This document shows positions 1-8,020 of a stretch of 24,174 bases of DNA, one piece after another. Every line of letters begins with the position of its first letter. Position 1 is the first letter of the stretch. The translations under genes and the position numbers were made by a program. The stretch is taken from the NCBI GenBank assembly GCA_041640575.1, contig JBEPZZ010000025.1:1-24174 (forward strand). The letters are read 5' to 3'. Source of the DNA: Pseudothermotoga sp. GTDB lineage: Bacteria; Thermotogota; Thermotogae; Thermotogales; DSM-5069. The notes below the pieces were generated by a model. It did not search any database, had not been told where the DNA came from, and saw only the letters and a program-made list of their open reading frames with translations.

Positions 1-78
1 ATCTTGGGCTCCTGCAACAACTGCCTTTCGAAATTTTGATTTTCTGGCCTTTTCCAAGAATTCAGCAAGTGTTTTCAA
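1..78 (-). CDS. N-terminus of a probable phosphate butyryl/acetyltransferase (partial, runs off the window edge)
   Basis: Not in the ORF track. TTG start at 78 with SD GGAGGG at 86-91. Translates to MKTLAEFLEKARKSKFRKAVVAGAQD, which resembles the Ptb N-terminus (K-V-A-V-A-x-A-Q-D). Only 26 codons are visible. Confidence 0.55.
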   Translation of the reverse strand, partial: MKTLAEFLEKARKSKFRKAVVAGAQD

Positions 79-138
79 GGTTGATCCCTCCAACTGTTTT
101 TGACAGTTTCAGCTAAAATTCGAGTAATCAACGAAATT

Positions 139-873
139 CTAATCAGCTTTTGAAAGGATTTTAAGCACAATAATACTGTTGATCAAGAGCTTTCTCCCAA
201 GATTCAACTTTAATGATTCTTCAACAATTAACATACCTTTCTGAGCCGTATTATACTCCTCAACGTTGTACTTACCAAAACCTAGTCTCACAATACCATC
301 CAGCTGTTTTACTCTGAAAGTATTCTCTTCATGATTTTCATCCTCAACAATTACTTCAAGCGAAAATTTTCTACCAAGAAGCCTTTCAACCTTCTCTATC
401 TGTCCTAATTTTATCAACTGCCTTATCTCTGAGCTGCTAACCTTCCCAACTGTTTCGTTTTTCACAGGATCGAATGAAAAAAATTCTATCCCCGATTTGT
501 TGCATAATTCTCGCAAAGTTTCAACAGTTCCTACCGCCCTCTTGCCGAATCTGAAATCTTTTCCTACTACGACAACATTAGCTTGGTTCAAGATATAACT
601 TTCAAAAAACTGATCCGGATTCATATCTTTGATTCTTAGCAAATCCAGAACTTCAACCTCGTCAACATAGACTAGAATATTTCCTATTCGCATTTTCAAG
701 GAGGTAATCAGACCATCAAAATTCTCTGAAAATACTTCAAAAGGGTGTGAAACGACGTATGCTTTTGATAACAAGTTTCGTTCTTTAGAAAGTTTCTTAA
801 TGTATTCAAACAAAGCCTGATGCCCAATGTGAACACCATCGAAAACACCTATCGTTATCACATACTTGTTCAT
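139..873 (-). CDS. ribF: FAD synthetase (RibF family): intact FMN adenylyltransferase domain, degenerate riboflavin kinase domain
   Basis: Motifs IGVFDGVHIGH, VVVGKDFRFG and VSSSEIR are present; the gene lies directly after truB. The C-terminal region lacks the G-F-P-T-A-N kinase motif and the protein is only 244 aa. Confidence 0.88.
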   Translation of the reverse strand: MNKYVITIGVFDGVHIGHQALFEYIKKLSKERNLLSKAYVVSHPFEVFSENFDGLITSLKMRIGNILVYVDEVEVLDLLRIKDMNPDQFFESYILNQANVVVVGKDFRFGKRAVGTVETLRELCNKSGIEFFSFDPVKNETVGKVSSSEIRQLIKLGQIEKVERLLGRKFSLEVIVEDENHEENTFRVKQLDGIVRLGFGKYNVEEYNTAQKGMLIVEESLKLNLGRKLLINSIIVLKILSKAD

Positions 874-879
874 TTTGCT

Positions 880-1797
880 CTACTCCTTAAACACTTTAAA
901 TGGTCTCAAAATAACCTCGTTTCTTTCCATTTCTCTCAAAGTATGGACAAAGGAAGAACTGCGTTCTGCTCTCGCTAAGCAAACAAGTTTGTTTTGATAG
1001 ATAACTTGGACAACATCGTTTTTTGAGAAATTCTCAAAAAAGGAAACCTCATCAACTCTGATAGCGTTTCCTTCAATAGCTTTTTTGTAACCAAATTCTT
1101 TGAGACAAACTTTTGGAAATCTCAAGACCTCTATTGGATCGAACATTTTATTGGTTATCTCATTGGTTTGCAATTTGAAAACATCTACTGCCTGCTGAAT
1201 GGTAAAGTTACCTATTTTTAGTCTACGAAGTTCAGTCGCTGTAGCTCCACAACCGAGTGCGTAGCCAATATCCATACATAGGGATCTTACGTATGTACCA
1301 GATGATGCTCGCACGACAAAGGAAACTTCTTTCCCATTGATAACTACGTCATTGATTTCGTATATCGTCACTTCTCTTGGAGGTAACGTTATGATTTTGC
1401 CTTCACGCGCCAGTTCGTACAATCTCTGACCTTTGTATTTCCGAGCTGAATAAGCAGGTGGTATTTGTTTATAGGTGCCAACAAAGGAGTTTATGGTCTT
1501 TCGTATCATCTCGTCTGTTACATTCACTTCATGTTCTTCCATTATTTTCCCTGTTATATCAAACGTGTCAGTAATCAATCCAAGTAACATTTTGACTTGA
1601 TACGTCTTTTCCCATTTCATAAGATACTCAAGTAATCTTGTGGCTGAACCGACGCCTATTAAAAGCAGGCCTGTGGCAAAAGGATCAAGGGTACCTGCGT
1701 GCCCAATCTTCTTTATTCCAAGTTTCTTCCTTAGATATTCAACAACATCATGAGAAGTGATTCCCTTGGGTTTGTCAACTGCGAGAATTCCGTTCAC
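880..1797 (-). CDS. truB: tRNA pseudouridine(55) synthase TruB
   Basis: Motifs DKPKGITSHDVV, GHAGTLDPFATG (catalytic Asp), QIPPAYSA and SSGTYVRSL, plus a C-terminal PUA-like region. Start reassigned to GTG at 1797 (SD AAGGAGGA at 1806-1813) rather than 1854. Confidence 0.97.
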   Translation of the reverse strand: MNGILAVDKPKGITSHDVVEYLRKKLGIKKIGHAGTLDPFATGLLLIGVGSATRLLEYLMKWEKTYQVKMLLGLITDTFDITGKIMEEHEVNVTDEMIRKTINSFVGTYKQIPPAYSARKYKGQRLYELAREGKIITLPPREVTIYEINDVVINGKEVSFVVRASSGTYVRSLCMDIGYALGCGATATELRRLKIGNFTIQQAVDVFKLQTNEITNKMFDPIEVLRFPKVCLKEFGYKKAIEGNAIRVDEVSFFENFSKNDVVQVIYQNKLVCLARAERSSSFVHTLREMERNEVILRPFKVFKE

Positions 1798-2152
1798 CCT
1801 TTTTGTCCTCCTTAAGTTTCTCAAGAATATTTTGTATTCGAACACTGGCTTCAATACCTTTATCTTCTTTAAATCTAACGTCTGGAGTAGCGAACAAATT
1901 CAAATTCTGGGCGATATACGAGCGAAAATAACCTTTGATTCTATTCATGTGATCTACAAGCGCTTTTCGTTCGTTTTCGTCACCGACGACACTTACATAA
2001 ACATCGACAAAGCGTTTATCATTGGATAACTCCGCTCTCGATATGGTTACAAGCTTTGAAACCAATTTTGGGTCTTTAGCTTGCCTTATAGCCTCAGTAA
2101 TAAGCTTAATAATTTCTGATTCGATCATGGCTTTTCTATAATCTGGACGCAT
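1775..2152 (-). CDS. rbfA: 30S ribosome-binding factor RbfA
   Basis: KDP...VTISRAELSNDKRFVDVYVS, GYFRSYIA and TPDVRFKED motifs; directly upstream of truB. Start taken as ATG at 2152 (SD AGGAGG at 2161-2166). Confidence 0.95.
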   Translation of the reverse strand: MRPDYRKAMIESEIIKLITEAIRQAKDPKLVSKLVTISRAELSNDKRFVDVYVSVVGDENERKALVDHMNRIKGYFRSYIAQNLNLFATPDVRFKEDKGIEASVRIQNILEKLKEDKKGERNSRS

Positions 2153-2164
2153 TCTAACCACCTC

Positions 2165-3034
2165 CTAATTAGATACTTCAACCTGCTTCCCTATGTTTAG
2201 AAATTCCTCAGCCATAACAAGTCGTTCCTTGAGTTTATCCACAAAAACAGCCAACATCTTGGGCTTGATTCCAAGTAGGTTTAACGCCTCCGGCGATAAA
2301 ACTAATCCACCATATGTGTAGGAATCACCATACCTGAAAGTATTGACGACAAAATCCGCCACATGAATCATGCTGACAACATCCGCAAAAACTGAATCAG
2401 AATAGCTTTTGACACTGTGATGACCGACTATGGGCAGAGTGACAATCTCCGGCAGATTCCACCTCTCAACTAAAAGCGAACCAGTCGCCGTATGCTGAGC
2501 CATATTCAACTTTGTCTCAGCATCAAAAAACGACACTTTTAAAGTCTTTGTAAGCTTAGAGACAGCACTAAAGCTTTCCGGAGATATGTAATCCAAAGCC
2601 AATTTTCCTATATCGTGAAGTAAACCCGCAACAAAAACTTCTTCTTTGTTTGGGTAGTTAAGTATTTGTGATAACAATTCACCCGCTACAGCAACACCTG
2701 TAAAATGTTTCCAGAGTGCCAGATGATCTATCTTTGAATTTCGTGAGCCAGAAAGAGAATTGTAAGCAAAGACACTTAGAGCTAAGTTTCTCACTGTTTT
2801 AAAGCCCAAGATCATTACAGCTTCGTTGAGCTTTGCTATCTTTCTTGGTAAACCGTAATATGCGGAATTAACAAGTCTTAAAACTTTGGCAGTTAAACTT
2901 GGATCCATTCTCATTGTGTCAGCTAAGTCCTTTGCAGAAGCGTTAGGATCCGAAGCAATCGCTATTATTCTTTGCACAATAGGATCTGGGGTCGGCAGTT
3001 GATCAATTCTATCTAGGAAGTCTGAAAGCTTCAT
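2165..3034 (-). CDS. HDOD domain-containing protein (HD-related output domain)
   Basis: LPTPDP...DPSLTAKVLRLVNSAYYG...EAVMILG, LWKH and AGLLHDIGKL, WNLP...GHH. Stand-alone 289 aa protein. Confidence 0.92.
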   Translation of the reverse strand: MKLSDFLDRIDQLPTPDPIVQRIIAIASDPNASAKDLADTMRMDPSLTAKVLRLVNSAYYGLPRKIAKLNEAVMILGFKTVRNLALSVFAYNSLSGSRNSKIDHLALWKHFTGVAVAGELLSQILNYPNKEEVFVAGLLHDIGKLALDYISPESFSAVSKLTKTLKVSFFDAETKLNMAQHTATGSLLVERWNLPEIVTLPIVGHHSVKSYSDSVFADVVSMIHVADFVVNTFRYGDSYTYGGLVLSPEALNLLGIKPKMLAVFVDKLKERLVMAEEFLNIGKQVEVSN

Positions 3035-3037
3035 GAT

Positions 3038-4504
3038 TCACTCTCCTAAGCTGAGTTGCACGTAGAAGGTACTTCCTTTTCCAAAATCGCTTTCAAACCA
3101 AATTTTTCCACCGTGCAATTCTACTATTTCTTTGCAGATAGCGAGACCCAGGCCAGTTCCATCGACTTTATAATCCGAGAATGATTGAACTCTGAAAAAC
3201 TTTTCGAAAATCCTTTGATGGTATTCTTTAGGTATTCCTATGCCATTATCTATGACCACGATAATGACGTTTTCACCTGAAGTTTCAAGACGAAGCTTAA
3301 CATATTTGTTTGCAGCATCGGGATTTGAATACTTTATCCCATTGCTTATCAAGTTGATGAGTACCTGTTTTAAGCGTGTTCTATCAGCGAATATCAGCAG
3401 CTCAGAGAGCCCATCATACTCCAGACTGACCTGTTTGGATTTTGCGAATTCGGCCATTGATTGAACGACTTCTTCGCAAAGTTCAGCTAAGTTGAACCAA
3501 GATTTCTGTAATTTCAGAGTCTTCTGCTCGATTCTCGCGAAGTCCAAAATTTCGTTCAACAGATTCTCCAAATGGAGACTTTCATCAAAGATTATCTTCA
3601 CAAAATCCTTGAGGGTTAATTTGTCAAGTTCATCAATTGAGGATAACATTGTTTCTGCGTATGCTCTTATTGCAGCAAGCGGCGTTCTTAGCTCATGCGA
3701 AACATTAGCAATGAATTCTGTTTTAAGTCTATCGACCTGTTTCAACCTGTCAAGTTCCTTAGTGTTAGTGACATCTGTTACTGTTATCAGTACTTGCCGT
3801 TCACCCTCATACTCAACGATTTCCGCAACTATGGAATAGAAAACGTTCTCGAAATCGAACTCATCAGTTTGTTTAAATCCTTTAACAAGAGTCATAGCTG
3901 CAATCCGTTTAATTTCATCCATCAATGGTTTTTTATCTTCGTTCCTTACATACTGAATATTTGCAAAAACAGGATTCAAGGCTTCATTGAAAACTACTAT
4001 CATCTGAGAGAATGAATTAAATATTTGTTGCATGTATCTAATCGTTTCTTCAACGACCCTATGCTGTTTTTCGAGACTGTCATAAAGTCTGAGGTTTTCC
4101 AAGATCACAGTGGAAAGGAATGCAAAGAGCCTTATTAGTTCTAGAATTTCAAATGACGGTTCCTGACTCGTTATAACGACAAGAGCACCTAACGCTTTCT
4201 CTGCCTTTGAAAGAGGTGCTATGAGCAGATTCCTTTCTTCGGAAGGTAGGGTAGTCATACTTACCTTCTCTATGCTCCATCGCATCATGCTGAGTTCTTC
4301 TTCTGTGAATTTCAAATTGTTTTCCGAAGAATGTATTGGTTGTAATTTTTCATCGACTATCAGTACCTTGTCACAGTTAACAATTTTCTGAACAGTTTTG
4401 GTGAGAGAACTCAAGAGTTTTTCTGGTTCTCTAACGTTGGTTACCTCTCTTATAAAAGTTGAAATAAACGAATACAACCTTTGTGGATTTGTCTCAATAG
4501 CCAT
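3038..4504 (-). CDS. Sensor histidine kinase (GAF-like + PAS-like + HisKA + HATPase_c); probable orthologue of T. maritima HK853
   Basis: H-box ANVSHELRTPL (His270), N-box NLISNGIKY, G1 DNGIGIP, F-box IFEKFFRV, G2 GTGLGLAI. The core closely matches the HK853 sequence as I recall it. SD AAAGGAG at 4511-4517. Confidence 0.95.
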   Translation of the reverse strand: MAIETNPQRLYSFISTFIREVTNVREPEKLLSSLTKTVQKIVNCDKVLIVDEKLQPIHSSENNLKFTEEELSMMRWSIEKVSMTTLPSEERNLLIAPLSKAEKALGALVVITSQEPSFEILELIRLFAFLSTVILENLRLYDSLEKQHRVVEETIRYMQQIFNSFSQMIVVFNEALNPVFANIQYVRNEDKKPLMDEIKRIAAMTLVKGFKQTDEFDFENVFYSIVAEIVEYEGERQVLITVTDVTNTKELDRLKQVDRLKTEFIANVSHELRTPLAAIRAYAETMLSSIDELDKLTLKDFVKIIFDESLHLENLLNEILDFARIEQKTLKLQKSWFNLAELCEEVVQSMAEFAKSKQVSLEYDGLSELLIFADRTRLKQVLINLISNGIKYSNPDAANKYVKLRLETSGENVIIVVIDNGIGIPKEYHQRIFEKFFRVQSFSDYKVDGTGLGLAICKEIVELHGGKIWFESDFGKGSTFYVQLSLGE

Positions 4505-4540
4505 AAAGAGCTCCTTTCAAACAACTTTACGGTACATAAT

Positions 4541-4546
4541 ATTATA
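4541..4546 (-). promoter_or_regulatory. Candidate -10 box (TATAAT) for the HK-HDOD-rbfA-truB-ribF operon
   Basis: Perfect TATAAT on the minus strand about 36 nt upstream of the kinase ATG; no convincing -35. Confidence 0.45.
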
Positions 4547-4591
4547 CCTGAAGAACCATGGGGGACGCAGATTCTTCAGATCTAGAGGCTG

Positions 4592-4600
4592 TGGTAGAAT
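4592..4600 (+). promoter_or_regulatory. Candidate extended -10 promoter (TGnTAGAAT) for the mscS operon
   Basis: TGGTAGAAT lies 10 nt upstream of SD GGAGGT (4611-4616). Confidence 0.5.
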
Positions 4601-4622
4601 CTCAAACAGAGGAGGTAGAAGA

Positions 4623-5411
4623 TTGACGACGTTAGTAATGCTGAATTTGGTTAAGACATCGCTGACATTGATCATCTCATATATAATCTATAAGACACTT
4701 CTGAAAGTCGTTTACGATATCAGCCACAAGTTACGTAAGGAACTTAGACTTAAGAATACTATGCGACTTATCTTGGGTCTGTTGATAGGCCTCGTAGCTT
4801 TGATGGTTATTCTAAACATTTGGGAAGTAAACTTGATACCCTACTTAACAGCCTACGGAATTGCAGGAGTTATATTTGGTTTAGCTTTGCAGGAACCATT
4901 ATCAAATTTCATTAGTGGTCTTTTAGTTCTTATAACTGGAAAACTAGCAGAAGGAGAAATTGTTGCAATAGATGAAGCTATAGGCATCGTGGAAGTAATA
5001 CATTTCAATTACACGGTACTTAAAACCTTTGACGGTAGAAAGGTAATTATTCCAAACCGTCAGGTTTGGAACAGCAGAGTTACAAATTTTTGGCCGGATT
5101 CAGTGCGTAGAGTGAGTTTGAAAATAAGCGTATCCTACGATTCAAATATCGAGCAAGTTGCTCGAATTCTCAAAAATTGTGTTGAGAAAGAATCACTTGT
5201 AGTAAAAGAAGGTGTAACGAATCTCGTGGATTTCAGCGCATTTGGAGCTTCTTCGATAGATTTCGAAGTGCTCTTTTGGGTCAGAAGAGAAACCTTTTTC
5301 GAAGCCAAAATAGCGTTGGCAAATCGTATTAAAGAAGAATTCGAAAAAGAGGGTATCAAGATACCTTACACGCAGATAGACGTGCACTTGAAAAAGGAAG
5401 ACATTCTATGA
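4623..5411 (+). CDS. mscS: Small-conductance mechanosensitive channel (MscS family)
   Basis: Three N-terminal hydrophobic segments, GIAGVIFGLALQEPLSNFISG, TFDGRKVIIPN, AFGASSIDFEV and GIKIPYTQ. Start taken as TTG at 4623 after SD GGAGGT; the 4398 start in the ORF track overlaps the kinase gene. Confidence 0.93.
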   Translation: MTTLVMLNLVKTSLTLIISYIIYKTLLKVVYDISHKLRKELRLKNTMRLILGLLIGLVALMVILNIWEVNLIPYLTAYGIAGVIFGLALQEPLSNFISGLLVLITGKLAEGEIVAIDEAIGIVEVIHFNYTVLKTFDGRKVIIPNRQVWNSRVTNFWPDSVRRVSLKISVSYDSNIEQVARILKNCVEKESLVVKEGVTNLVDFSAFGASSIDFEVLFWVRRETFFEAKIALANRIKEEFEKEGIKIPYTQIDVHLKKEDIL

Positions 5412-5980
5412 CCAAATTCTTGGACAAATTTCTTTTTTGTGCTATGGATACTGAAACTACCGGGACAGATCCGTTTTCTGGTGATCGGATAATTGAGATA
5501 GCCGTCGTACCTATTTTCAAAGGCAGAATACTCAGGCGATCCATTTACCATTCCCTTATAAATCCGAATATAAAAATACCGGCAACCATTCAGAAGGTGC
5601 ATAAGATAACTAACGCTCAAATACAGAATGCACCAGAAATGGATCAAGTCTTTGAAGAGATTAGAATCTATTTCAGCCGTGCAATTATGGTTTTTCATCG
5701 AGCATATTTTGACCTCACTTTCCTGGATATGGCTGCAAAGGAAATAGGTGTTTTACCGCCTGCTATAACTTATGTGGATACACAGGAAATGTCGCAGGTT
5801 ATATTTGGTGAGAAGAAGAGCCTAGCATGGTTGTCTGAAAGATTCAAACTTCCTAAACCAACGCATAGAGCTTTGGAAGATGCGACAGTGACGGCAAAGG
5901 TTTTCTTGAATCTGTCCAAATCCTTAACAGAAGCACAATTTCAAGATTTGATTCACATTTGGAGGGGATCTGAATGGTGA
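5408..5980 (+). CDS. DEDDh 3'-5' exonuclease (DNA polymerase III epsilon-like, stand-alone)
   Basis: ExoI DTETTG, ExoII FHRAYFD and ExoIII HRALEDA; ATGA overlap with mscS. Confidence 0.93.
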   Translation: MTKFLDKFLFCAMDTETTGTDPFSGDRIIEIAVVPIFKGRILRRSIYHSLINPNIKIPATIQKVHKITNAQIQNAPEMDQVFEEIRIYFSRAIMVFHRAYFDLTFLDMAAKEIGVLPPAITYVDTQEMSQVIFGEKKSLAWLSERFKLPKPTHRALEDATVTAKVFLNLSKSLTEAQFQDLIHIWRGSEW

Positions 5981-7215
5981 AAAATTATGTTATAGATACG
6001 AATGTTTTGATTCATGATCCCAACGCAATTTATTCTTTTCAAGATAACAACGTTGTTATACCACTTCCAGTGTTGGAAGAACTTGATAAATTGAAACGAA
6101 GGTCTGACTCTGTTGGTAAGTCCGCTAGGGAAGTAATAAGGGAATTGGACCAGTTGAGAAGCAAAGGCGATTTATCAAAAGGCATTAAACTGGATGATGG
6201 TGGAAGTCTTACGATTATGGTAATAAGTGATGGCAGAAAAGATACTCCTGAATTTTTGTATGAGAAGTATCTTGACAACTGGATTCTTGGTTATGTCTTG
6301 AGATTAAGAAGGTCTTCCAGCATTCCAACCATATTGGTAAGTAAAGACATTAGTCTTAGGGTAAAGGCATCGGCACTAGGAATAATTGCGCAGGACTATC
6401 TAACAGACAGGTCAAATTTGTCAATGCTACCAGCTGGTTACCATGTTTTGGATAAACACATCGAAACTTTTCAAAAAGTAGAGGGCTTTCACGAGAATTG
6501 CTATCTAAAAAGTTCAAATGGGTTTTTCAAGATCAGAAACCAAACTGCCATGCCAATAGCAGTGGATGATTCAAGGAAAGTTTGGGGGATTTCACCGCTA
6601 AACGATGAACAGCGCTTTGCGATGGATGCCCTTTTAGACGATGATATTAAACTTGTGACACTAGTTGGTATGGCTGGAACTGGCAAAACCTTGATTGCCT
6701 TAGCTTGTGCACTTCAAAAAGTTTACAATGAACACAAATACAAAAGGGTTATTGTTAGTCGTCCACTGGTTCCCGTAGGAAAGGATGTGGGTTACTTACC
6801 AGGATCTCTGATGGAAAAATTGGAACCATGGATGGAACCTGTTATGGATAATCTCGAATTCTTGTTTGATAGAGTTGGGATGAATTTAAAAGAATTCATG
6901 AAGAAAGATATCTTGCAGATAAGTGCTTTAGCCTTTATGAGGGGTAGAAGTATTCCTGATCAATACATAATCATTGACGAAGCTCAAAACCTGACTCCTC
7001 ATGAGGTGAAAACCGTTTTGACGCGTGCTGGAGAAAATACAAAAATAGTTCTTGCAGGCGATCCGTATCAAATTGACACACCATATTTGGATAAGGACAG
7101 CAATGGACTTGTTTATGCTGCCTCGAAATTAATCGGTGGCAAATTAGTTGCACATATAACTTTGACGAAGGGTGAAAGGTCCAAACTTGCTTCACTTGCT
7201 GCCGAAAGACTGTAG
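5974..7215 (+). CDS. phoH: PIN-PhoH family protein (PhoH2/YlaK-like RNase-ATPase)
   Basis: N-terminal PIN domain (VIDTNVLIHDP, VLEELD, LVSKDISLRVKA). PhoH domain with Walker A GMAGTGKT, GYLPG, MRGRS and Walker B IIIDEAQN. Confidence 0.93.
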   Translation: MVKNYVIDTNVLIHDPNAIYSFQDNNVVIPLPVLEELDKLKRRSDSVGKSAREVIRELDQLRSKGDLSKGIKLDDGGSLTIMVISDGRKDTPEFLYEKYLDNWILGYVLRLRRSSSIPTILVSKDISLRVKASALGIIAQDYLTDRSNLSMLPAGYHVLDKHIETFQKVEGFHENCYLKSSNGFFKIRNQTAMPIAVDDSRKVWGISPLNDEQRFAMDALLDDDIKLVTLVGMAGTGKTLIALACALQKVYNEHKYKRVIVSRPLVPVGKDVGYLPGSLMEKLEPWMEPVMDNLEFLFDRVGMNLKEFMKKDILQISALAFMRGRSIPDQYIIIDEAQNLTPHEVKTVLTRAGENTKIVLAGDPYQIDTPYLDKDSNGLVYAASKLIGGKLVAHITLTKGERSKLASLAAERL

Positions 7216-7260
7216 CGTGGTTAATTAGATATTTGAAAGCATAGTGAGGAGGGTTTTGAG

Positions 7261-8019
7261 TTGATCGCAATTGAATCATACAACCTAACAAAGGATTTCG
7301 GAAAGGTTCGCGCTGTGGATGGGTTGACTCTCTCGATTCAAGAGGGAGAAATATATGGTTTTCTAGGTCCTAATGGTGCCGGAAAGACAACGACAATAAG
7401 AATGCTTACAGGATCTTTATATCCAACATCTGGTGAAATAAAAATACTTGGAATGGATATGCGTGGAAACGAGATCGAGATAAAGAAAATGATAGGTGTA
7501 ATACCAGATGAACCAAGGATCTATCCATATTTGAAAGGCTATGAATTCTTATCGTTTGTATGCGAAATTTACAGGCTCGACAAAAGACAGATGAACAACC
7601 GAATTCAGGAACTATGCGACGCATTTTCTGTGGACTACCTCGAAAAAATGGTTGTGGAAATGTCTCACGGAATGAAACAAAAATTGTTATTGATAAGTGT
7701 TTTGATGAGAAAGCCTAAGGTTATATTCTTGGACGAACCAACGATTGGACTTGACGCGAAATCCGCAAGGATCTTGAAGATGCTTCTCACAAAGTATTCA
7801 CAAGAAGGTTGCACGATTTTCATGACTACTCATATCATGGAAATAGCAGAGAAGATGTGTAGAAGAATTGGGATCATTAACTTTGGAAAATTGATAGCAG
7901 AAGGCACTGTAGAGGAACTGAAAGATCTTGCCAAAACATCTCGAGAGAGCCTCGAGGAGATCTTCCTCAAGTTGACTAGCAACGAAGAAGACATATCACA
8001 GATTGTGAGGGAACTTTGA
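7261..8019 (+). CDS. ABC-2 type exporter ATP-binding protein
   Basis: Walker A GPNGAGKT, signature variant MSHGM, Walker B IFLDEPT, H-loop MTTH. TTG start after SD GAGGAGGG. Confidence 0.93.
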   Translation: MIAIESYNLTKDFGKVRAVDGLTLSIQEGEIYGFLGPNGAGKTTTIRMLTGSLYPTSGEIKILGMDMRGNEIEIKKMIGVIPDEPRIYPYLKGYEFLSFVCEIYRLDKRQMNNRIQELCDAFSVDYLEKMVVEMSHGMKQKLLLISVLMRKPKVIFLDEPTIGLDAKSARILKMLLTKYSQEGCTIFMTTHIMEIAEKMCRRIGIINFGKLIAEGTVEELKDLAKTSRESLEEIFLKLTSNEEDISQIVREL

Positions 8020-8020
8020 A

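Noticed and set aside
139..380. ribF as a frameshifted pseudogene
   Set aside because: The frame is continuous and kinase-barrel remnants stay in frame, which suggests in-frame divergence.
1798..1854. 19-codon N-terminal extension of truB
   Set aside because: It lies inside rbfA; TruB homology and an SD support GTG at 1797.
4398..4622. 75-codon N-terminal extension of the MscS ORF
   Set aside because: It overlaps the kinase gene on the opposite strand and the divergent promoter region, has no SD, and a strong SD precedes TTG at 4623.
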